64,000 nucleotides of DNA from an uncultured Clostridia bacterium (GCA_937896905.1 CALBOE010000006.1:382232-446231); one strand, 5' to 3'. Positions 36,404 to 44,090 are shown, counted from the first letter of the stretch. Notes: generated by a model not told the origin, from the letters alone. Numbers and translations: made by a program.

Positions 36404-36897
36404 CAAACCCCCAGGGGCGGTCAAATCTCTAGGCGAAAGGTTTTAAAGAGCGGGCAGGCAGTCGCACGCAAACTTTCGCAAAATCAAAAATCAAAAACGA
36501 AACAAATGAAAGGTTGATAATTGATTATAAATAAATGAAAAATCGATAGTTTTGATTTTTATAATAAATCAAAAAATAATCAAAATTATTCAAAAGATGT
36601 TGCTCGTCGGCAATTTTATGTTTTGTAAAGCCGTTATTTATGCGTTTTGAAAAACTTTATCAATTTTGGATAGATTGCCGATGAGAATATGTTTCGTGGC
36701 TTTAATAAAGCGTTTTGAAAGGAATTTGGCTAATCATAACAATATTTCAAGAATACAAAGTTTAAAAGATACAAAATTACAAAGTTACAAGATTACAAGA
36801 AAACAATTTAGAAAAATTTAAAATTAACACTGGACTTTAAAGGCAACATGCGGTTTAATGTGTGTTGCCTAAGGTTTAGTGATATCAAGGAGAAAGA
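36404..36897. repeat. Repeat-dense non-coding region (candidate origin / recombination-directionality control region)
   Basis: Relatively GC-rich stem GCGAAAG (36441-47) / CTTTCGC (36473-79). At least 7 (A/T)TCAAAA words in both orientations across 36484-36596. Inverted CTCGTCGGCAAT / ATTGCCGATGAG. Roughly 40-bp imperfect direct repeat ending GCGTTTTGAAA, two copies. TTACAA(A)G(A) 8-bp tandem at 36776-36800. Hairpin GGCAACA/TGTTGCC around 36841-36869. Confidence 0.7.
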
Positions 36898-37155
36898 ATG
36901 AGATATAACGAAGAACTAAACCAAAAGCAATTAGCAGATTTAGTCTCAATAGAAACCAAAAGATTGTGTGAAAAATACAATAAAGATTTTCTGGATTGTG
37001 AGGACTTAATCAAAATAACAAACTTGGGGAGAGATAATGTTCGTGCAATGATGCATAGAAGAGATTTCCCATTGTTAAAAATCGGTAGAAGAAATGTTGT
37101 AAATATCAGTAGTTTTGCTTACTGGTGTATTAAACAAACATATAAGGAGATGTAA
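36898..37155 (+). CDS. xis: Excisionase-family / MerR-like HTH DNA-binding protein
   Basis: 'DLIKITNLGRDNVRAMMHRRDFPLLKIGRRNVVNISSF'. Immediately upstream of the integrase (2-nt gap). GGAG RBS. Confidence 0.7.
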   Translation: MRYNEELNQKQLADLVSIETKRLCEKYNKDFLDCEDLIKITNLGRDNVRAMMHRRDFPLLKIGRRNVVNISSFAYWCIKQTYKEM

Positions 37156-37157
37156 AA

Positions 37158-38360
37158 ATGGCAAAAAGGAAAGCAACACGCCGTGGAAACGGAGAGGGTT
37201 CAATATGGCAAAGACCAGATGGTAGATGGCTTGGACAAATATCACTTGGTTACGATGAAGAAGGAAAACTTAAAAGAAAGACATTTTATGGAAAAACAAG
37301 AAGTGAAGTTTCGCTTAAAATGACATCCGAATTGAGTTATATAATGAAAAACGGATATCAAACAGTGTGTAAAGAAAAATTTGAAACAATATTTATGGAG
37401 TGGTTGTTGGTGTTTAAAAGGAACACAGTTCAAGCAAGAACATTTGAAAGAATACTAAGCAATGCAAAAACACATGTTATACCAGAACTTGGTAAATATG
37501 GTTTAGATGAAATCAATATGCAAGCCATACAAAAAATGATAAACAGATTATACCTAAAAGAGTTGTCTCTAGATGTGATTAAGAAATCAAAGCAAATAGT
37601 TGGACAGTTCTTTGAATATGCAATAGATAACGAAATGGCAATTAAAAATCCAACAGCAAAAATAAAAATTCAAAAAAGAGAGAAGCATATTGAAGATGCA
37701 CAAAGATACAAGGCAATTCCACCAGATAAAAGAGATGAGTTTATAAAAGCATTAGATAGTCAAACAATTCTCAAACCAATGTGCTTGGTTATGATGTGCT
37801 GTGGGCTAAGAATTGGAGAAACATTAGCACTAACTTGGAGAGATGTGGATATTGAAAGAAAGTTAATACATATAAACAGAGCGATAACAGTAGATGTTAA
37901 GATGGATAAATTAGGAAATGTGCTATCAAGAAAAACAGTTATAGGCGACACTAAAACAGCGTGTTCGGTAAGAATTGTGCCTGTGCCAGATAGTTTAATT
38001 CCTGTCCTTGAAGCTTGGAAAGAAGATAGATGGATTGAGGGCAAGAAACACAATGTTGACTTGCTTGCACCAGATAGCCTTGTGTTTGGCAAATATGATG
38101 GTGGAATTAGAACTTATAGAAACACACAAAACATATTCGATAGGTTCTGCAAACAAAATGGATTTGATAAACTAGGATTACACATACACGGACTTAGACA
38201 AACATATTCAAATATGCTATTCGAAAAAAGTGTAAATCCAAAAGTTATTCAAGGCCTACTTGGCCACAAAGACGTAAAGACAACAATAATGAACTACAAC
38301 TCAGTGGATAAATCATACTTCGATAGAATTTCAAACTTAATAAACGAACAATTTAAATAA
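37158..38360 (+). CDS. int: Tyrosine recombinase / phage-type integrase with N-terminal arm-binding domain
   Basis: 'GNGEGSIWQRPDGRWLGQISLGYDEEGKLKRKTFYGKT' arm-type domain. Catalytic 'GLRIGETLALTWRDVD', 'HGLRQTYSNMLF', 'LLGHKDVKTTIMNY'. Confidence 0.93.
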   Translation: MAKRKATRRGNGEGSIWQRPDGRWLGQISLGYDEEGKLKRKTFYGKTRSEVSLKMTSELSYIMKNGYQTVCKEKFETIFMEWLLVFKRNTVQARTFERILSNAKTHVIPELGKYGLDEINMQAIQKMINRLYLKELSLDVIKKSKQIVGQFFEYAIDNEMAIKNPTAKIKIQKREKHIEDAQRYKAIPPDKRDEFIKALDSQTILKPMCLVMMCCGLRIGETLALTWRDVDIERKLIHINRAITVDVKMDKLGNVLSRKTVIGDTKTACSVRIVPVPDSLIPVLEAWKEDRWIEGKKHNVDLLAPDSLVFGKYDGGIRTYRNTQNIFDRFCKQNGFDKLGLHIHGLRQTYSNMLFEKSVNPKVIQGLLGHKDVKTTIMNYNSVDKSYFDRISNLINEQFK

Positions 38361-38364
38361 AAAT

Positions 38365-38402
38365 AAAAAAGATTGGTTGAAATATACCAATCTTCTTTTT
38401 TA
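38365..38402 (+). terminator. Rho-independent terminator after int
   Basis: AAGATTGGT (38369-38377) pairs with ACCAATCTT (38386-38394), followed by a T-run. An extended -10 TGCTATAAT follows. Confidence 0.7.
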
Positions 38403-38435
38403 TATGCTATAATAGAAACGTACAAAGGAGTAATA

Positions 38436-39470
38436 ATGTCTATTGAATTACTTTTAGATAAGAAGATAACAAAAAACAAATTTAAAACATCAGAAAGAAA
38501 AATTATAAATATTAACAAAATAAAAGGTAATGAAAATTATGTGCTTTGCATTAATACCGAAATTTCAAATAATGAAGATGCGAAATTTTATTTATCAAAG
38601 TTAGATGAAATAGTTAAAATTGTTGAATTAAATGGAGCTAATTATACTATTGTAACAAATGAACCAAGTTGTTTTTTGCTAAAGAATCTATATCCATTAT
38701 GTCAATCATTTGAAAGTAAGTTAAGAAAGTTTTTACAAATAGCTCTATGCGATACTCAAGATATTCTAACTGAAGCATATGATGAATTAAAGAAAGAGGT
38801 AATAAAAAAAATCCCTGAAGGTAAAATCAATAGAGATAATTCAATTTTGGAATATTCTGATTTGTCAAATATTTTCACTTTCCTTTTTTCAGATAAAGAA
38901 GCTGTAGAAACTATTAAAAGTGATATTTTAAAAAGAAATAATAATTGGAAAATTCATCAGGATTTAAAGAATATAAAGGATAATACAATTTGGAATAAAT
39001 GTTTTAAAAACAAATGTAAGTTTTTTAATTTTGATAAATATTATGTTGAATTATATAACTATAGAAATGATGTTATGCATTTTCATAATATATCATATAA
39101 GGAGTATATTTCTGCAAAAAAGATATTTGAAAATGCTATCAGAGAATTAGAGCTTGAATTAAAATCAAACATTGTATTAAAGGCAACGGAAATTTTAGAC
39201 AATAAACTGTTTGCGACCTACGCGATAGATAAATTAATAAATGAATTAGTCCATAATTATAGACATCATAATGAAATTCTTTTACCTTTGCTTAAAACTA
39301 TCAGTAATTCTAATTACTTTATAAATAATAATCTTAGAAATATTCCAATTTCTTTTAAATCAAATTTAGCTAATACTATCAATTTATTGTGTGATTTAAA
39401 ATTTATACGACATAATGCTATATTGCCAGATAATCAAGCAGTTTGTCACGACGACAAAGATAGAGAGTAA
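38436..39470 (+). CDS. HEPN-motif protein (Abi/Swt1-like, putative abortive-infection RNase)
   Basis: Start moved to the ATG at 38436 (AAAGGAG RBS). 'YNYRNDVMHFH' contains the Rx4H HEPN signature in a helical context. Confidence 0.5.
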   Translation: MSIELLLDKKITKNKFKTSERKIININKIKGNENYVLCINTEISNNEDAKFYLSKLDEIVKIVELNGANYTIVTNEPSCFLLKNLYPLCQSFESKLRKFLQIALCDTQDILTEAYDELKKEVIKKIPEGKINRDNSILEYSDLSNIFTFLFSDKEAVETIKSDILKRNNNWKIHQDLKNIKDNTIWNKCFKNKCKFFNFDKYYVELYNYRNDVMHFHNISYKEYISAKKIFENAIRELELELKSNIVLKATEILDNKLFATYAIDKLINELVHNYRHHNEILLPLLKTISNSNYFINNNLRNIPISFKSNLANTINLLCDLKFIRHNAILPDNQAVCHDDKDRE

Positions 39471-39566
39471 TTTATTAACTGTGTTTATAAAAGTAATGCA
39501 AATGTATGCAGTGCGGGCATATTTAGACCGTAATTAGAACAATTTAGAACGAAAGTAAGAAAAATT

Positions 39567-39604
39567 AGAGTCAACAGTTTTTGACGACTGTTGGCTCTTT
39601 TTTT
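39567..39604 (+). terminator. Rho-independent terminator
   Basis: AGAGTCAACAGT (39567-78) pairs with ACTGTTGGCTCT (39587-98), followed by T7. Confidence 0.75.
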
Positions 39605-39662
39605 GTGCCATAAAATAAAAAAATGGCAGGGTTTAAAATTTTCAAATAAAATTACAGACATT

Positions 39663-39691
39663 AAAAAATCCCCTATATTATAGGGGTTTTT
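39663..39691. terminator. Bidirectional terminator directly 3' of the island tRNA-Thr
   Basis: CCCCTATA/TATAGGGG palindrome (39670-39686) flanked by A6 and T5. Confidence 0.75.
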
Positions 39692-39693
39692 CG

Positions 39694-39769
39694 TGGAGCT
39701 TATGACGGGATTCGAACCCGTGACCTCAGCCTTACCAAGGCTGTGCGCTACCTGCTGCGCCACATAAGC
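39694..39769 (-). tRNA. tRNA-Thr (anticodon GGU), complete, CCA encoded
   Basis: Hand-folded cloverleaf: GCTTATG-TG-GCGC-AGCAGGTA-GCGC-A-CAGCC-TTGGTAA-GGCTG-AGGTC-ACGGG-TTCGAAT-CCCGT-CATAAGC-T-CCA. All stems are Watson-Crick. Confidence 0.93.
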
Positions 39770-40008
39770 ATATTGAAATTTTGATTGTTGGGATTTCTGC
39801 CAGGTAGACATTACCAAGGTGACGCTCTACCGACTGAGCCATATCAGCGTATTAAGATTTTTAATTGTTGGAATTTTAGCCAGGTAGACATTACCAAGGT
39901 GACGCTCTACCGACTGAGCCATATCAGCGTATTAAGATTTTTAATTGTTGGAATTTTAGCCAGGTAGACATTACCAAGGTGACGCTCTACCGACTGAGCC
40001 ATATCAGC
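39770..40008 (-). repeat. Three 80-bp tandem units, each the first 38 nt of a tRNA-Thr(GGU) plus a ~42-nt spacer
   Basis: 5' halves at 39811-39848, 39891-39928 and 39971-40008 are identical (minus strand GCTGATATGGCTCAGTCGGTAGAGCGTCACCTTGGTAA). Each is followed by TGTCTACCTGGC..., not by a tRNA 3' half. The spacer next to the full tRNA (39770-39810) is a diverged copy. Confidence 0.92.
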
Positions 40009-40028
40009 ATTTATTCAAATACCTTTAC

Positions 40029-40057
40029 ATTGTAGCAGATTTATGAGGGTTAGTCAA
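40029..40057 (-). promoter_or_regulatory. Sigma-70 promoter of the (now split) host tRNA-Thr gene
   Basis: Minus strand reads TTGACT (40057-40052), 17-nt spacer, TACAAT (40034-40029), about 20 nt upstream of the first 5' half. Confidence 0.65.
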
Positions 40058-40170
40058 TATTTTTACTTAATTTATTAACATTATTATTAAATTTTATGTC
40101 TGTTTAAACGATATAGATATTGACATTTTGAATTTATATGCTATTATGCAAGAAGTTAAGGAGATTTATT

Positions 40171-40635
40171 GTGGCAAAATTAGATGATGTAAAAAAGGCG
40201 GAATATTTAGAGGAACTACGCTTGTATGAACTTATAGGAATGGATATTAAACAAACGGCAGACAAAACATACAAGAGAGCAATGCATTCATTGGTGCAGG
40301 TTAATTACAATACTTTAACGAAAGATTATGAAATGGCTTTAAGTAGTTTTAAAACTGCTTTGGAATATGCGGATAGAATTGATGATCACAGAAAAATGGC
40401 ATCATTAATTGCGTATATTCAAATGTGCGAATCAAGAATTAAGGATTGCATTATTCTCAACCCAAATGCGCCAGAAGCAGAAAAACAGGCAATTTTAAAC
40501 GAAAGGCAAGAACAAGCGAACTTGCTTGCAAAAGCAAATGCAAGGGTTACACGCAAAAAAACACCAATTTTAAAACGTATATTTGGCAAAACTACTAAAA
40601 ACACAGATGAGGAAGACAATGTAACTATAAACTAA
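40171..40635 (+). CDS. Hypothetical protein
   Basis: Start moved to the GTG at 40171, which has AAGGAG upstream. Helical, no recognised domain. Confidence 0.5.
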   Translation: MAKLDDVKKAEYLEELRLYELIGMDIKQTADKTYKRAMHSLVQVNYNTLTKDYEMALSSFKTALEYADRIDDHRKMASLIAYIQMCESRIKDCIILNPNAPEAEKQAILNERQEQANLLAKANARVTRKKTPILKRIFGKTTKNTDEEDNVTIN

Positions 40636-40660
40636 CTGCCAACAAAAAGGCAGTTTTTCG
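40634..40660 (+). terminator. Rho-independent terminator
   Basis: CTGCC (40636-40) pairs with GGCAG (40649-53), followed by T5. Confidence 0.6.
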
Positions 40661-40671
40661 TTTTTAAATTG

Positions 40672-40700
40672 TTGACAAATTTAAGGCACTAGTATATAAT
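40672..40700 (+). promoter_or_regulatory. Consensus sigma-70 promoter of the aspS-asnS leader
   Basis: TTGACA (40672-77), 17-nt spacer, TATAAT (40695-700). Confidence 0.75.
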
Positions 40701-40902
40701 TTATAAAGATGTTGACGGAAAGAGTAGGCACAAAAAGGGCTTAAAGTGAGATAAGGATAGTGAGAACTTATTAGTACCGTTGTGTTGAAAGACGCTCCCG
40801 AGTCGTAGTTTAATATAAAGTGGTCATAAGTTTTATGGCAAATTAGGTGGCACCGCGGTTTATAATCGTCCTAATGCGTTTTGGCAGTTAGGGCGTTTTT
40901 TA
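40701..40902 (+). promoter_or_regulatory. T-box riboswitch leader (probable Asp specifier GAC) with terminator
   Basis: Stem I elements 'GAAAGAGTAG' and 'AGTGAGA'. Specifier-loop candidate 'TTGAAAGACG'. T-box sequence 'AAATTAGGTGGCACCGCGG' (40840-40858). Terminator CGTCCTAA (40867-74) / TTAGGGCG (40888-95) followed by T6. Confidence 0.85.
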
Positions 40903-40929
40903 TTTTTAAAGAAGAAAAGGAGAAAATTT

Positions 40930-42663
40930 ATGAACATAATGAAAAACAAATATAGAACAACGGATTGTGGAAGTTTAAGGTTGGCAGATGCCGGCAAAAC
41001 TGAAACGCTTGCCGGTTTTGTGGACACTATTAGAAAACTAGGGGGAATAACCTTTGTTGTTTTAAGAGATTTTTATGGCAAAACACAAATTGTGCTTCCA
41101 GAAGAAATAAATGTTGAACTTAACAAAGAAGATGTTATTTCTGTTAGCGGTGTTGTAACTGAAAGGAGTAGTAAAAACCCAAATATGCCAACGGGCGATA
41201 TTGAACTTGTGGTTGAAAAATTAACAGTTTTAAGCAAAAACACAAATGTGTTACCTTTTGAACTTAAAGCAAGCCAAGAAGTTAATGAGGATTTAAGGTT
41301 AAGATATAGATATTTAGATTTGCGCGCAGAATATAACCAAAAAATGTTAAAACTACGCAGCGACCTTATGCTATATGTTCGCAATTTTATGAACAATTTG
41401 GGATTTTTGGAAGTTCAAACTCCAATATTAACCGCATCAAGCCCAGAGGGAGCAAGAGACTTCCTTGTTCCAAGCAGGTTAAACCCAGGAAAATTCTATG
41501 CGCTTCCACAAGCACCACAACAATTTAAACAACTGCTTATGACAAGTGGCGTGGATAAATATTTCCAAATTGCACCATGTTTTAGAGACGAAGACGCCAG
41601 AGCAGATAGAAGCCCAACAGAGTTCTATCAAATAGACATGGAAATGGCATACGCAACCCAAGAAGAGGTGTTTAAAGTGGTGGAAGATTTGTATGCAAGC
41701 ATTTTTGAAAAGTTTGCAGGAAAGCGCCCAACTACACCATTTGCAAGGTTAACTTACGAGCAAGCCATGGCAGAATATTGTTCCGACAAGCCAGACCTTA
41801 GAAATCCGCTTAAAGTTTACGACGCAACAGAACTATTTAAGAACAGCAGTTTTAACGCATTCAGCGGAAACACAATCAAAGCAATTAAAGCCAATTGTGG
41901 CGAAAAGGGCAGGAAGTTTTACGATGCCCTAACCGAGTTTTTAAAATCTCGCGAAGCAAAGGGGCTTGCCTATGTTCGCATTGCGGAAAATGAAGAACTA
42001 GAAAGTGGAATTGCAAAGTTTATTACAGCAGAAGAGAAAGCGGCACTTAAAACCCTAACTAACTTTAATGTAGGCGACACAATTTTCTTCATAGCCGACG
42101 TTAAAGATAGGGTTATTAAGTTTGCAGATATGCTTCGTCAAGAATTAGGCAAAAAATTAAATTTAATAGACGAAAACGAATATAATTTTGTTTGGATTGT
42201 AGATTTCCCATTCTTTGAATTAGACGACGAAGGAAAAGTTGCATTCAGCCACAATCCATTCAGCATGCCACAACTTCCAATTGAAGAAGTTAAGAAAAAT
42301 CCACTAGCTGCAAAAGCTTATCAGTACGACCTTGTTATTAATGGGTACGAAAGTTTATCGGGCGGGGTTAGAAACCATAGGCCAGATTATATGGTTGAAT
42401 TATTTGCGCTTGCAGGATACGATAAATCGGTTGTTGAAAACAAATTCCCAGCATTATACAACGCATTCTCTTATGGTGCGCCACCACACTGCGGAATGGG
42501 GGCGGGGTTTGATAGGTTAATGATGCTTTTAACTCATAATGAATTTATTAGAGATGTTATTGCTTTCCCAATGAACAAAAATGGATGCGACCCATTAACC
42601 AACGCACCAAACACAGCAACAGAAAAGCAACTAAAAGATGTTCATATTAAATTAGATTTATAA
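40930..42663 (+). CDS. aspS: Aspartate--tRNA ligase
   Basis: Bacterial AspRS layout: OB-fold N-terminus 'GWV...LRD.YG' type, 'FQIAPCFRDEDARADR', 'GGVRNHR', 'PPHCGMGAGFDRL'. Confidence 0.95.
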   Translation: MNIMKNKYRTTDCGSLRLADAGKTETLAGFVDTIRKLGGITFVVLRDFYGKTQIVLPEEINVELNKEDVISVSGVVTERSSKNPNMPTGDIELVVEKLTVLSKNTNVLPFELKASQEVNEDLRLRYRYLDLRAEYNQKMLKLRSDLMLYVRNFMNNLGFLEVQTPILTASSPEGARDFLVPSRLNPGKFYALPQAPQQFKQLLMTSGVDKYFQIAPCFRDEDARADRSPTEFYQIDMEMAYATQEEVFKVVEDLYASIFEKFAGKRPTTPFARLTYEQAMAEYCSDKPDLRNPLKVYDATELFKNSSFNAFSGNTIKAIKANCGEKGRKFYDALTEFLKSREAKGLAYVRIAENEELESGIAKFITAEEKAALKTLTNFNVGDTIFFIADVKDRVIKFADMLRQELGKKLNLIDENEYNFVWIVDFPFFELDDEGKVAFSHNPFSMPQLPIEEVKKNPLAAKAYQYDLVINGYESLSGGVRNHRPDYMVELFALAGYDKSVVENKFPALYNAFSYGAPPHCGMGAGFDRLMMLLTHNEFIRDVIAFPMNKNGCDPLTNAPNTATEKQLKDVHIKLDL

Positions 42664-42672
42664 GGAGAAAAT

Positions 42673-44058
42673 ATGCAAAGAATAGAAATTAGAGATTTAC
42701 ACAAAACTTTTGCACATTATGATGGAAAAACAATCACAGTTTGCGGTTGGGCAAGAACTGTTAGAGATAGCAAAAACATTGCATTCATAGAGCTTAACGA
42801 CGGAGCATTTAAAAGTGTTCAAGTGGTTGTGGAAAGAGAAAAGAATTCAAATTACGATCAAGTTGTTAAACAACGTGTTGGGGCTTCGTTTTGCGTTGTT
42901 GGAACATTAATTGTAACTCCAAACGCAAAACAGCCTTTTGAAATTAGCGCAGAAAAAGTTGAAGTTTTAGGCGAATGTGCAGAAGATTATCCATTGCAAA
43001 AGAAAGGTCATTCTATGGAGTTTTTAAGAACTCTTCCAACAATACGTCCACGTGGAAATTTGTTTAATGCAGTGTTTAGAATTAGGTCTGTTGCTGCGTT
43101 TGCAATTCATAAATTTTTTAACGAACGCAATTTTGTTTATGTTCACACTCCAATTATAACCGCTAGCGACTGTGAAGGCGCAGGCGAAATGTTCCAAGTA
43201 ACAACATTAGATTTAAACCGCATTGCAAGCACAGGCAAAGTGGATTACAGTAAGGACTTTTTTGGAAAGCATGTTTCTTTAACCGTTTCTGGCCAACTCC
43301 ACGAAGAAACAATCACTCACGCCTTTGGTAAAACCTACACCTTTGGCCCAACATTTAGGGCAGAAAACAGTAACACCACACGCCATGCAGCAGAGTTTTG
43401 GATGATGGAGCCAGAAATGTGCTTTACCGACATTAACGGGCTTATGGATAATGAAGAAGAAATGGTTAAATATGTTATTAACTATTGCATGCAAGAATGT
43501 GCCGACGAATTTGAATTCCTAAACAAGTTTGTAGACACAGGCCTAATTGCAAGATTAAAAAACATTGTTGAAAACGATTTTGTTCGTTTAGATTACACCG
43601 AAGCAATTGAAATTTTAGAAAAGGTAAAAAACCGTTTTGAATTCCCGGTTAAATGGGGCATAGATTTACAAAGCGAACATGAAAGATATATAACAGAAGA
43701 AGTTTTTAAAAAGCCAGTTTTCTTAAAGAATTATCCTAAGGATATTAAAGCGTTCTATATGCGCCAAAACGATGACGGCAAAACTGTTGGAGCGGTAGAT
43801 TTATTAGTTCCAGGCATTGGCGAGCTTATTGGGGGAAGTCAACGTGAAGAAAGGTTAGAAAAATTAACCGCAAGAATGAAAGAACTAGGTTTAAATGAAA
43901 AAGATTATTCTTGGTATTTAGACACAAGAAGATACGGCACAAACATTCACTCTGGTTATGGTTTGGGGTTTGAGCGTTTGGTTATGTATTTAACAGGAAT
44001 TTCTAACATTAGAGATGTGGAATTTTTCCCAAGAACGGTTGGCTCAATTCAAGGTTAA
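42673..44058 (+). CDS. asnS: Asparagine--tRNA ligase
   Basis: '[22 protein letters not shown]', '[25 protein letters not shown]', '[12 protein letters not shown]'. Confidence 0.95.
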   Translation: MQRIEIRDLHKTFAHYDGKTITVCGWARTVRDSKNIAFIELNDGAFKSVQVVVEREKNSNYDQVVKQRVGASFCVVGTLIVTPNAKQPFEISAEKVEVLGECAEDYPLQKKGHSMEFLRTLPTIRPRGNLFNAVFRIRSVAAFAIHKFFNERNFVYVHTPIITASDCEGAGEMFQVTTLDLNRIASTGKVDYSKDFFGKHVSLTVSGQLHEETITHAFGKTYTFGPTFRAENSNTTRHAAEFWMMEPEMCFTDINGLMDNEEEMVKYVINYCMQECADEFEFLNKFVDTGLIARLKNIVENDFVRLDYTEAIEILEKVKNRFEFPVKWGIDLQSEHERYITEEVFKKPVFLKNYPKDIKAFYMRQNDDGKTVGAVDLLVPGIGELIGGSQREERLEKLTARMKELGLNEKDYSWYLDTRRYGTNIHSGYGLGFERLVMYLTGISNIRDVEFFPRTVGSIQG

Positions 44059-44090
44059 ACAAAAAAATATAACTTGTTGTTAGCACAACA

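Larger units (their letters stand above)
24344..39810. mobile_element. Integrative genomic island (~15.5 kb) inserted in the anticodon loop of tRNA-Thr(GGU)
   Basis: Bounded by a 9-bp direct repeat TTACCAAGG (24335-24343 and 39811-19). Carries a tyrosine integrase, Xis-like HTH, Rep-like gene and its own tRNA-Thr. Visibly more A/T-rich than the flanks. Confidence 0.8.

Noticed and set aside
36681-36821. 46-aa basic ORF (MRICFVALIKRFERNLANHNNISRIQSLKDTKLQSYKITRKQFRKI) upstream of xis
   Set aside because: No convincing RBS. Its C-terminal half is simply the translation of the TACAAAG tandem repeats. It more likely represents DNA-level repeats.
39485-39967. ORFs 39485-39817 (-) and 39785-39967 (+) from the track
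   Set aside because: They run through the tRNA-Thr gene, its terminator and the tRNA-half repeats, and have no RBS. The same applies to 24243-24434 (-) over the tRNA 3' remnant.
39770-40008. 80-bp tandem repeats considered as a CRISPR array
   Set aside because: Whole units, 'spacers' included, are identical or nearly so. There are only three units and no cas genes. The repeated part is demonstrably the first 38 nt of a tRNA.
24297-40008. Split tRNA halves considered as a trans-spliced or intron-containing tRNA gene
   Set aside because: The intervening 15.5 kb encodes an integrase, Xis and cargo, and is bounded by a 9-bp direct repeat at the anticodon loop. No complementary leader or trailer sequences that could pair the halves were seen. 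Integration explains everything.
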